NCBI GenBank assembly: GCA_051294375.1
Contig: CM119267.1
Location: forward strand, 89,666 to 105,287
Source: Paraspadella gotoi
Lineage: Eukaryota > Animalia > Chaetognatha
Direction of reading: 5' to 3'
DNA: 15,622 nt
A program made the position numbers and the translations under genes. Each line of letters begins with the position of its first letter. The stretch's first letter is position 1. This document shows, piece after piece, positions 1 to 9,272 of the stretch. The notes beneath the pieces were generated by a model, which did no database searches, was not told the DNA's origin, and saw only the letters and a list, made by a program, of their open reading frames with translations.

Positions 1-463
1 CAAAATTAATCCTAAAAATCTACAACTTAAGAGTAAAATTAGGCTCTAGACTTACGAAGAGAAAATTAGGCAATTATGATACAGTTTTTATTATTGGTTG
101 TATCAATTTAATAAAGATATGAAAATTATTTATTACTTGTTGAGAAAAATGATTTTTATACCGTAGTTATTAAATCGGTGATGATATTACCTACTATCAC
201 TCTTATAAAAAAACCTATATTAAATATTTACTTTTTTAATTTTTTTATCGAAATTAAAAAAATGCTAAATTTTTTCTTAATGGCGAAATAATGCAACGTT
301 TTAACTTTAAATATCATTTACCTAAATTTATTTACAGTTAAACACCTAACATGTTTTTTCCTCTCATCATACTTAACAAAACTCTACACCGCTCAATGAA
401 TTTTTAGTTTTAAACCAAAAATTTCGAGATCGAATTCCAAATAAAATCTTTCTTTCCACAAAC

Positions 464-594
464 ATGACAACGCCCAGCACGTCATCCACTTCCGGTTGGC
501 GTTCGTGGATGAGAGTCTTTGCTCTCGGTTTCGGTTTCATGTTTATTTTTACAAACTTCAACACTCTGCAAAATCTGGAGAGTTCGCTATTTTT
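464..594 (+). CDS. UNC93A: UNC-93-like MFS protein, exon 1
   Basis: ATG at 464 reads MTTPSTSSTSGWRSWMRVFALGFGFMFIFTNFNTLQNLESSLF, matching the UNC-93 N-terminal motif (FGFxxxFTxxxxLQNLxSSL). GTAAGT donor at 595, phase 2. Confidence 0.9.
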
Positions 595-832
595 GTAAGT
601 ATATGTTTATGAAAATTTGCAAATTACTTGTTTCACTATTTTCTATTTTTATATTTTATGAACACTTTTTTATGTACACTAAATAGCCCGATATCTTTTC
701 TTCCGACCTTTGATAGGCGTGTATGATAACATACAACATACAACATACAACTTTTGTTCCTTTTACAAGATAATATCTAAGTACAGTCTAGTTTGTTAAA
801 TATTTAAACGTTCTTACATTGATTGATTTTAG

Positions 833-926
833 GCAACATCCTGATCCTGGGATTGGTTTAAAAACGATTTCTATTCTTTACGCTTTCGCTATTTTCAGCT
901 GCTGCGTGTCTCCCATCGTCCTGCAG
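833..926 (+). CDS. UNC93A: UNC-93-like MFS protein, exon 2
   Basis: TTTTAG acceptor (AG 831-832). Phase-compatible reading (L)QHPDPGIGLKTISILYAFAIFSCCVSPIVLQ. GT at 927. Confidence 0.88.
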
Positions 927-1017
927 GTCTAGGCTTGTCTCAATCTACGAGTTTCATTCGTCTTTTCTTATATTTTATTCATAGTTTTTATGTTCATATG
1001 TTTCGTTCTATTTTTAG

Positions 1018-1141
1018 GTCGTGGGTACGAAATGGTGCCTACTCATCGGCGCCATCAGCCACGCGATATTCACAGCCGCTCACTTTTGTTCGTCTTACTT
1101 CACGCTTTTCCCGGCCGCGGCGCTGTTGGGATTCGCTACCG
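1018..1141 (+). CDS. UNC93A: UNC-93-like MFS protein, exon 3
   Basis: TTTTTAG acceptor. Reads VVGTKWCLLIGAISHAIFTAAHFCSSYFTLFPAAALLGFAT(G), with the GxKW and YxTLxPxxxLLG motifs. GTAAG donor at 1142. Confidence 0.9.
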
Positions 1142-1413
1142 GTAAGAATTTTTAAACAAAAGACAATTGAAAAGTTGTGTTGTTATGTATTTTAATTTTA
1201 AATGAAAAGGTTTTAAAATGCTAATTCGTAAGTTTTTTTGTAAGTTTTTATCAAATTTAAACAATTCTAACTCGTAACTGGCATCTTCAAGGATACACTT
1301 GTCTAATTTAAGACCCAATGCATATAAAATTCCTTCTAGTACTTCATATACCGTAGATTAAATTATGTTTAAGTGTAACAAAAACATTGCTATAATATCC
1401 CCCTCTGCTTCAG

Positions 1414-1583
1414 GAATCGTGTGGACATCGCAAGGAAAATCAGTGACAAAATTCGCGGAGGATTTGGCGTCGATGAAAAATTCCAGCGTCGACGCAGTCG
1501 TCAGTCTTTTTAATGGCGTCTTTTTCTGTTGCTTCATGTCCGCGCAAATTTGGGGAAATATCATTAGTTCGTTCGTTCTCGTG
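1414..1583 (+). CDS. UNC93A: UNC-93-like MFS protein, exon 4
   Basis: CTTCAG acceptor. Reads GIVWTSQGKSVT...LFNGVFFCCFMSAQIWGNIISSFVLV, with the WxxQG and FxGxF..QIWGNxISS motifs. GTGAGA donor at 1584. Confidence 0.92.
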
Positions 1584-1911
1584 GTGAGAAGTCGATTTGT
1601 AATGGAAGGCATCCCGATTGGTGGATTTGAATGATTGCTTGTTCTCGAAGATGAAGTCAATTTTTATTTGTCATTAGGTCATTTAAATTCCTGGTGTTAA
1701 GTGAGAGGGACTCAGATTAAGTCTTGAAAGTCAGAGCCGTATAAAATTATGGGTAGTGGTCACTAAATATGAGGCTATGGGAACTTAAGGGGCTAAATTT
1801 TATATTTTTCACTACTTAGGATTTTCCAGTCGGTGAATTTTTCACGCTGTATAAAATGAATAAAAATTTTATCAAAAAGAAAAAATAATACAAAAACTTT
1901 TTTCAAAAACC

Positions 1912-2054
1912 AACCCTATACCTAACAACTACTAACCCTAACTTCCACTAACTACCCTTAACCCTCACCACCCTCACCCTAACCGCCCCTAGCCCCAACC
2001 AACCCTAACCAACCCTAACCACCCCTAACCACCCCTAACCACCCCGAACAACCC
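1912..2054 (+). repeat. Degenerate (CCCTAA)n-like tract in intron 4, possibly the core of a Helentron/HINE-type element
   Basis: Imperfect CCCTAA/CCCTAACCA units. Flanked by a short imperfect inverted repeat (GTCGGTGAATTTTT ~1829-1842 and AAAAATTTTCCGAC ~2092-2105). Confidence 0.55.
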
Positions 2055-2268
2055 ATAATTCCTATTTTTAAAAGGTAATGATTTAAAGTATAAAAATTTT
2101 CCGACGGGGCGAAATTAAAAATTATGCCACTGAAAGTAAGTTCCTAGAAAATTTAGGCCAGGATTTTCAAAAGAACTGAGTTTGTTGAAAACTTGAAAGC
2201 GCTTCTCATTCATGATCACCGCTCAACTCTCATCTACTCTAAGAAGAAACTTATCAAAAAAATATATA

Positions 2269-2491
2269 TTCCCAAATTAACTTGGTCCCTTCAACTAAAA
2301 TCTATCTTCCCAAATTAACTTGGTCCCTTCAACTAAAATCTATCTTCCCAAATTAACTTGGTCCCTTCAACTAAAATCTATCTTCCCAAATTAACTTGGT
2401 CCCTTCAACTAAAATCTATCTTCCCAAATTAATTTGGTCCCTTCAACTAAAATCTATCTTCCCAAATTAACTTGGTCCCTTCAACTAAAAT
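2269..2491 (+). repeat. 38-bp minisatellite, about 6 copies
   Basis: Unit TTCCCAAATTAACTTGGTCCCTTCAACTAAAATCTATC. CCC anchors at 2271, 2309, 2347, 2385, 2423 and 2461. Confidence 0.97.
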
Positions 2492-2508
2492 TAACCTTTC
2501 TTCCCAAG

Positions 2509-2808
2509 ACCAACGCAACCTCCATCAACGCCACTGGCATTGCACAATGTGGCGCTGGCTTTTGTCCGCCAATCGACGCGGCCGACAACAACAACGACAG
2601 TGACTCTTCAGCCTGCATCGTCCCAGATACCAGAGTCCAAAGGGTCCTCGTCATCTTTCTGACTTGCGTCGGCTTTGGCTTCCTCCTCTTCTTCATCTTC
2701 CTCCCTAATCTCTCTCGTCTCACGAAGGAAGAGAGAGAAGGGAAAGATTGGAAGGAAATGGCGACGGCGTTGATTGGAGGGTTGCTCTTCGTTGGACAAG
2801 ATAGAAAG
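2509..2808 (+). CDS. UNC93A: UNC-93-like MFS protein, exon 5
   Basis: TTTCTTCCCAAG acceptor. Reads TNATSINATGIAQCGAGFCPP...VLVIFLTCVGFGFLLFFIFL...VGQDRK, with the CGAxFCP luminal-loop motif. GT at 2809, phase 0. Confidence 0.88.
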
Positions 2809-3030
2809 GTCTCTCTCTCTCTCNNNNNNNNNNTCTCTCTCTCTCTCTTCTCTGTTTGTCTGCATGACTCTCTTCGTGACTCGCTGATTCCTTTCTTCTG
2901 CTTGTCTGTCTGTCTCTCTCTAACTTTTTCTTGAATTGTCCTAATGTCCGTCTGTCTGACCGTTTTAAACTCTGTCTCTCTCTAACTCTCATCCCCTTAT
3001 CTCTCACAATCCACTCCCCACTTCTCACAG

Positions 3031-3652
3031 GCCCTTTTCCTCACCCCTCTCTTCATGTACACCGGCATCGAAGTGGCCATCATCGCGGGCGACTTCACCA
3101 AAGCCTTCGTCACGTGCCGCTTCGGCATCCAATCCGTGGGACTCGTCATGTTGACCCTGGGCATCTCCGAAACCTTGGCCGCGCCGGTCGCCGGCCGAGC
3201 GGCCAAATTCGCCGGCCAATCGACGCTGATCTTCGTCGCTGCGACGCTGCACGGAATCCTCCTGCTCCTCCTGCTGCATAAAACTCCCGCGATGGAAGAG
3301 GCCTGGCTGCTACACCTGATTTCCGGTCTCTGGGGCCTGGCCGACGCCTGTTTACAGACTCAAGCCTCGGCGTTAGTGGGCGTCGTCTTTGCCGACCGAC
3401 AAGAAATGGCCTTTGCCTGTTTCAAACTGTGGCACAGCGCCGGGCTGGCCTGCGCCTTTGGCATATCGTCGGTTCTGTGCACGAGAGCCAGTCTGTGGAT
3501 CGGGCTTGGATCGTCGGCTGTCTGTGGCCGGACTGGCGACTGTGGAGATTATGAGGAAGAGGGGGAGGAGAGAGGGAGAGAGGGAGGAGGGAGGGGAGAT
3601 GGAGGAAGGGAGAGGAGAGAGTAAAAGGTTTGGGAGCGAGGGAGGAGAATGA
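3031..3652 (+). CDS. UNC93A: UNC-93-like MFS protein, final exon 6, with apparent frameshift near 3508-3518
   Basis: CTCACAG acceptor. Reads ALFLTPLFMYTGIEVAIIAGDFTKAFVTCRFGIQSVGLVM...LWGLADACLQTQ...AFACFKLWHSAG. The homologous last helix LSVAGLATVE is in the next frame and ends at TGA 3650-3652. As written, the original frame stops at 3624. Spliced length is about 480 aa. Confidence 0.85.
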
Positions 3653-3760
3653 GGGGGAGGTGGAAGGAGAATGAGGGGGAGGAGGAAGGAGGGGAGGTGG
3701 AAGGAGAATGAGGGGGAGGTGGAGGTGGAAGGAGAATGGGGGGAGGTGGAAGGAGAATGT
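3641..3760 (+). repeat. G/A-rich imperfect ~22-bp repeat overlapping the stop codon
   Basis: GGGGGAGGTGGAAGGAGAATGA-like units with TGA at 3650, 3672 and 3709, then degenerate copies. Confidence 0.8.
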
Positions 3761-4361
3761 AGCTGAGAAGGACGCTGGGAAGTAGGACATTGTTAATTGT
3801 ATTGTTACTTTTTTTAAAAAATGAATGTTTATTGGATAATGAATTGAATTATATATGAAATATATTGATCATGAGTCATTCCTAAAAATAGATTTAGAGG
3901 CAGAAACATGATCATTGCATATCTTAAATTGTCATTGCATGTCTTACCTTGCTTGACTAAAGTCAAGAAACAAGAAAGATCATGTATGGATAATTTTCAT
4001 ATAGCCTTATTGGTTACAAGAACCGATCTTATCGTAGCAGTGGTTTTATTGAAAGATTTACAACGGTAGGCTTCTATTTGCTCTTTATTTCAAAACCCTC
4101 TGCTTTATAAATTTCCCCAACCCTTAACCTAGGATCTTAACCTGATCTCAAACTCTAAGCTTAAACCCAATCTTTAACTTTAAAATAATTAATTTAATCC
4201 CGAATTTAAGATGAACATGGGTGTTCTTGGAAAATAAGGCCAAATTTTCGACCTTAAAATCAGAAAAACCTGATCTCACTGATCAACTTCTTACCTTCGT
4301 TATTAATTGACTTTGATTCTTTAAAAATAACTTTTGAGGCCAATTCTTGATTTTATGGCCT

Positions 4362-4364
<3 letters not shown>

Positions 4365-4413
<49 letters not shown>

Positions 4414-4625
4414 CGATTTGAAACACTTTTCGTAATTTTCAAAAAGAAATAGCAGTCTAAGGAATAATAGCTACTGATCAGAGGACGTGACCTTGAAATT
4501 GAGAAAAATTCCCAGTTTTTGTTCTCAATTCTTGTGGCCAAACAGGTTTTGAGAGAGAGAGAGATAGAGATAGAGAGAGAGAGAGAGAGACTGACTTGAA
4601 ACACTTTTAGTAATTTTCAAAAAGC
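4365..4625. repeat. Two (GA)n microsatellites, each followed by the same ~30-bp motif
   Basis: (GA)n at ~4365-4404 and ~4551-4590, each followed by TTGAAACACTTTTnGTAATTTTCAAAAAG. Confidence 0.85.
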
Positions 4626-4856
4626 TCTCCTTATAAAAATCTAATTTTGAGTTTTGCAAAAATAGAAATAGATAAAAAAATAAAAGTAAATCGACGAATT
4701 AAAACTACGACTTCCTTCGTTATTTTTTGCTAAAGAATAAAAAACCAAAAGAAAACAAAACAAACGAAAGAAAACACAACGAAAAGCAAAAAAAAAACCT
4801 AAAGATAAAAAACAAACAAATTAAACGAACTAAAACTCAAAATTAAAGCCCAAAAC

Positions 4857-4982
4857 ATAAACAAACAAACAAACAAACAACAAACAAACAATAAACAAAC
4901 AAACAAACAAACAAACAAACAAACAAACAAAACAACAACAAACAAACAAACAAACAAACAAACAAACAAACAAAAACAAACA
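4857..4982 (+). repeat. (CAAA)n microsatellite directly upstream of the SLC38A7-like start codon
   Basis: Imperfect ACAA tandem tract ending immediately before the ATG at 4983. Confidence 0.95.
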
Positions 4983-5345
4983 ATGTCCGCTCTGCTTCCC
5001 ATCTTCTCTCTCTCTCGCGCCGACGATTCCGATTCGGAATCTCGTTCTCTCCTTTCCTCTCCTCTCTCTCCTCCTCTCTCTCCCTCTTCCTCCCCTCTTC
5101 CTCCTCCTCCTCCCCCTCGTTCCCGCTCCAACTCCCGCTCCACTCAACCTCCGCGCGGCTCCTCATGGATCGCCGCCGTGATCCTCGTAGTCAACGAAGC
5201 CGTCGGCACCGGATTCCTCAACATCCCTCGCGCCTTCGACGAGGCTGGCGGGGTCGGCGCCGCGCTGGGTCTGCAGAGCGTCTTCGTCGTGGTCACTTCC
5301 GCCACGCTGATCGTGTTGGCCTTCGGGTCCGCGGCTTGCGGATCG
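4983..5345 (+). CDS. SLC38A7: SLC38A7/SNAT7-like amino-acid transporter (Aa_trans family), exon 1, cut at 5345
   Basis: GSSWIAAVILVVNEAVGTGFLNIPRAFDEAGGVGAALGLQ...LIVLAFGSAACGS resembles SLC38A7/8 TM1-2 (VVNAxLGAGLLNFPxAFxxAGG). N-terminal ESRSLL dileucine motif. Similarity stops at 5345. The missing DTYQ plus donor is the reverse complement of 15137-15150. Confidence 0.85.
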
Positions 5346-5501
5346 AAAGAGAGAGGACTGATGTCGTCTTCCTTCTTTAGAGGGGAGGCTGGAAAATGTT
5401 GTGCAAAGCTGTGAAGAAATAAAGAAGAGATAGCTCCTTGTATCTTTAATTTTGATGCTATAATATTACCGATAAAATTTACGGGGTGCGTCCTTTTATG
5501 C

Positions 5502-5996
5502 AAATTGGTACCAAACCAATATAAAATTATCCATTCATTTAATCAATAAGCCTATCTTGCCTCTCGACTTTAGACAGGCTTTGGTGGTTTAGGCCTCCTC
5601 ACTCTTAAAGATAATGACATAGCAGGTCCTGCAGTTTTCATCAAGACTCTCTCACATCATCGTTTATTCACTCCCAGAGTACCTGGCTTCCTCTCATGAA
5701 AGTGGTATAATACTTTAAAAGAATGTTTCATGTATGAAAAAGACCACTCCCTTAGTATTAGATCGGGGAATACTTATTGTACTCCGGCATTGAAACCATT
5801 CTTCTATAATATCCACCTTCATTGATAGGTAACGCAGACTGTTAGAGAGTCTGATTGAAGCTTGCAGGGACTTGCTATGTTATTATCTTTGTAAGACGTG
5901 AGGAGGCTTTAAACCACCAAAGCCTGTCAAAGTCAAAGGCAAGATAGCTTCATTTTATTAATGATGGATAATTCATGTATTGGGTAGTACCAATTT
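5502..5996. mobile_element. ~500-bp imperfect foldback (MITE-like palindromic element)
   Basis: Left arm ~5502-5732 is the imperfect reverse complement of ~5788-5996. GACAGGCTTTGGTGGTTTA (5573-5591) pairs exactly with 5910-5928. No clear TSD seen. Confidence 0.7.
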
Positions 5997-6007
5997 CTTA
6001 AGATTAG

Positions 6008-6393
6008 TGTTGGACATAAACTCCGTCGTGGTCCGTCACCTTATTTACCTTTTTGTAAAAAGTCTTTAAAAATATAAACAATCGATATTGTTTACAAACA
6101 ATACAGTTCATTGTTATTTCATGCTTTGAATTAATCATGATTCTATTTCATACAGATCGCATTAATGTTAGTTGGCCCATCGTCGGGGTTTTTTTATATA
6201 TATATTATTGGTTTATGCTTTCATTTATTTGAATAGTGGCTAGGCCGAGCTTACTGAGAGATCATTGCTGTTTCTATCATTAACCGATGCTACCTTTTGC
6301 TTACCTCCAGTTCTTGATTTCTAAAGACTCATTAAATCCTACGATATAGATACTCTCAGAAGGGTGAGCGACCAACGGAAAACCCCCTCATCA
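6008..6393 (+). repeat. 5' LTR
   Basis: TGTTGGACATAA...CCCCTCATCA, colinear with 11903-12288. Differences are mostly single-base indels. Confidence 0.95.
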
Positions 6394-6394
6394 C

Positions 6395-6409
6395 TGGTGC
6401 ATCGTCCAG
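6395..6409 (+). promoter_or_regulatory. Primer-binding site, tRNA-Gly-like
   Basis: TGGTGCATCGTCCAG lies 1 nt after the LTR. TGG is complementary to the tRNA CCA end, and TGGTGCATCG matches the 3' end of invertebrate tRNA-Gly(GCC) as recalled. Confidence 0.7.
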
Positions 6410-7452
6410 TTCACTTTTTGGTCAAATCCGGAATATCCCCCCCCCTCGTCCACACCTTGTTTGGTGCGGATGCTTCGTCACCCTTAGTCTGTCAGGTGAT
6501 TCTGAGGCACTCCGAGCGAAGGTACGACCAAAATTCCATCCAGGCAGTTCGTTCAATTTAATCGGCCCATTTCTCTTAGGGTTTTGAACAGACTGTGAAG
6601 ACAACGGTTCTTTTCATCATTTTTCCCATTCGGCAGATGCTCTATCGTCAATCTGGAGTGCTTGTGCGGATTCTTAAAGTTGAGCGCTTTGATCATCTGG
6701 TCCCTGTGATCATCACGAACAGTCATTACCTTGGTAGCTCGTTTCGGCTGATGCCTATGCCTGGGTAACCTGCGACGCTTGGCTATGGTGTTCTCACTTG
6801 ATCGCACCAACTGGAAGAGCTTGAGTTCTACTTTGTGCTCATATCATCTCTGTCTTTGAAGTCGGAGGTAGAAACGTGCTTTGCTGTCTATCCTCACGTG
6901 GCACGACTCCGTACATGGCCGTAAGTCCGCCTCTGCGGCATTTTGTGGCGCACCCCCATATCCCCCTAATAAGTTGGAGTCCTTAGCAGTCCCCTACCCT
7001 TTTTCCAATCAAACGGTCTTCGTTTTATCTGCCGTCAGAGCCTGTTCTTACTTCTTGTGGGTACAAGTAGATGAGAGTGCTAGATTCAACTCCTGGCGGA
7101 TCGTGACCCCCTGACTTAGCTTCGACGTGTATCAACTATAGCCTATTGATAACCTTTACTCTCGTTTCGTTTGATTCTGGATTGAGTTTGGTCGACCTTT
7201 GTTTTGAAACCCGACGATGTGCTATGTGAAACTTTTAACTTTTCTCCAAAATTTGCTTTCAAAAACTTTTTCGTGGATATTCCAAATTTTAATTTTATTT
7301 CGGTTGTGACGTCTACGTTTTCAAGACCCTTGCCTCCTCCGTTATTTAGCGGTAGAGGGAGCCCTTGCCCCCCTCAACTGGCCATATAAATCCCCCCCCA
7401 CCAATCCTTCCTTGAGTTATCTATTTTGGGAAAAGCCTGATCTTTTTACGAG

Positions 7453-8403
7453 ATGGCTGTGTCCCAAATGGACCGTGCTGCTTCCACTATGGAGTAGAAA
7501 CCTTCAATTCTTCCATGATGATTTTGAAGAGTGGATCAATCTGTTTGAGAATGCTGTTGTTCTTGCAACTAACCCATCCACAGAGGAAAAACGATCTCAG
7601 TTTTTAATGAACTGGTTGCCGCTTAAATTGGAATGCGCCAGCCAGACAAATATACAAGCCAAAAGACTAAAGGGAATTATCCTGAGCTAAAAATAGAGTT
7701 GAATTTGGCTTGTTTGTTGATCCTCAGGAAACATAACAACTTTTTGGCAAGAAAAAGATCATAAAATGGGATGGTGAAGAATCGTTCCATGCTCCAGCTT
7801 CCCGTGTCATTACCTTTGTGAATAAACATGATAAAATTTCAAATGAAGAAACAAAAAAGCGCGAGTATTTCTTTACTTTTCGCGCTGCTTTGGAAAAGCC
7901 TTACCGCAACGCGATTGATCTTGGTTGTGACTGGAGAGAGCGAACGATAGGCATGGAAACAAGTTGCGCAGATGTTCCACATGCTCAAGTAGAAGATGAT
8001 GACAAAATGGCAAAGGATTCAAAATCGGTGGCTTTTACTGGCGCTGCGATGGAGGGATGATCGTATACGGATCTTAGAGAATGCCGTTAGTGAGTTAACT
8101 GTTCAAGTTGAAAATTTTAACTCCGATTTCAGGGATGAACCTGATGGTAGTTACTGTAATACCATCGTTATTGATAGTCCTTACCGTTCTCATGATAGTC
8201 GCAGTTTCGGCGATAAGAGTAAATTACGCGAGACGATTCAAAGGAGAGATGTCGCTACGAATCATCAGACGGATGATGAGGAGAGCGATTTTAGTGAGGG
8301 CGAGTTTAGAGGTCTCCGTCTATATCGCGAACAGCGTGATCGCGATAAAGCTTGCAATAGCTCGTCTTCCTCGCGGCGGAGATCTGACAATACCCCAAAC
8401 TAA
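7453..8403 (+). pseudogene. gag: Gag-like ORF broken by frameshifts
   Basis: Successive frames give DDFEEWINLFENAVVLATNP...LMNWLPLKL, KIIKWDGEESFHA, KKREYFFTFRAALEKPYRNAIDLG and DDRIRILENAVSELTVQVENF. This is a capsid-like helical region plus a coiled coil at the gag position. Confidence 0.7.
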
Positions 8404-8480
8404 ATGGCTTTGCCAGGGTGCATGCGAGGTACAAGGTAGGCATGTCCCCGAATTTAACAATTTAAAATTCCTAAGTCGAA

Positions 8481-8720
8481 GGCCCGAGTTTCATACGAGA
8501 GTGGGTAAATAAGAAGTTAGCTGTTGTTATTGTTGAAAGCTAAATTTTTTTAGGCAATGCACTCCTTCATTAAAAGTAAATTTAGCCCCTCTCATTCATT
8601 GGTACAGCAACTAATGGAACTCTGGTCTTAACTATAGGTATTGTAAATATTAAATTTCGCATTTAGTGATGCATGCATATCAATTGTTAGGGTAGTTCAA
8701 CCTTTGACTGGGATTTCTCG
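8481..8720 (+). pseudogene. Degenerate retroviral-type aspartic protease remnant
   Basis: GPSFIREWVNKKLAVVIVES followed by NGTLVLTIGIVNIKFRI resembles the N-terminal strand and ANG flap. No intact D[ST]G is readable. Confidence 0.45.
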
Positions 8721-9059
8721 TTTTTCTTTGTAAATATAAGCCTTTTTTAAAACCCAGTGAAGATAAACTAAAGTTTTTTAGGAGTTTTTCCTCTACATCT
8801 TTTGATTGAATATTCCCATAAATTATTTGGTTACTTCATATTGTATCCCTTGAAGAAGATGTTGTCCCTTCCAATTCAAAGTGAATTTGCTATTTGAGTG
8901 AGTGGTGTGAGTTCTTTTGATGTTGGTATTTGATTCAATTCGAAGCTCACTCTATACAATTGACAGATCCATTTCTCAACGAAATTATGAATCTCAGTGA
9001 CATAGTCACAAGACCAGGCTGGTTTATGTCTGGGCTACTCCGAATTCACAGATGAGTCA

Positions 9060-9272
9060 TTGGGCGTTTTTGCATTGGAGATGGACAAGTTTCATTCACT
9101 TGTGAATTACGATGGCAGGTTTATGAGACGGACGTTCCGGCAGGTTCGGTCGGTTCCGGATGTCAAAGATGCGATTGATTCTCAAACACCCTTAACCCCT
9201 CTATCATCTGAACCTTTTCATAGTCCTGAAACCCTGGATACATCACAAGAATCTGAGGTTCTCCAGTTGTGA
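9060..9272 (+). pseudogene. Possible integrase C-terminal remnant
   Basis: LVNYDGRFMRRTFRQVR followed by an S/P/E-rich tail resembles the V..DGR..RR...QLR end of gypsy integrases. The catalytic core is not seen. Confidence 0.35.

Noticed and set aside
1912-2054. True telomere or fusion site
   Set aside because: Short, degenerate, single orientation and inside an intron of an intact gene.
2481-3790. Overlapping alternative and antisense ORFs across UNC93A exons 5-6
   Set aside because: Shadow ORFs of GC-rich coding sequence and purine/pyrimidine tracts.
4353-5166. Minus-strand ORFs rich in CLFV, SL or ER
   Set aside because: They are translations of the (CAAA)n and (GA)n microsatellites and of the antisense of exon 1.
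5341-5344. GATC at the junction (and at 15176) as a restriction-ligation chimera
   Set aside because: GATC is part of both repeat units and of the exon end, so the coincidence is uninformative.
5346-5414. C-terminus KERGLMSSSFFRGEAGKCCAKL of ORF 4983-5414
   Set aside because: Read-through across the inversion junction with no family similarity.
5346-5500. Possible further SLC38A7-like exon fragments on minus (THPVNFIG; acceptor-like TTTCTTCACAG then ALHNIF)
   Set aside because: Only vague similarity to the YP..F.GR region. The expected preceding exon sequence is missing and the phases cannot be verified.
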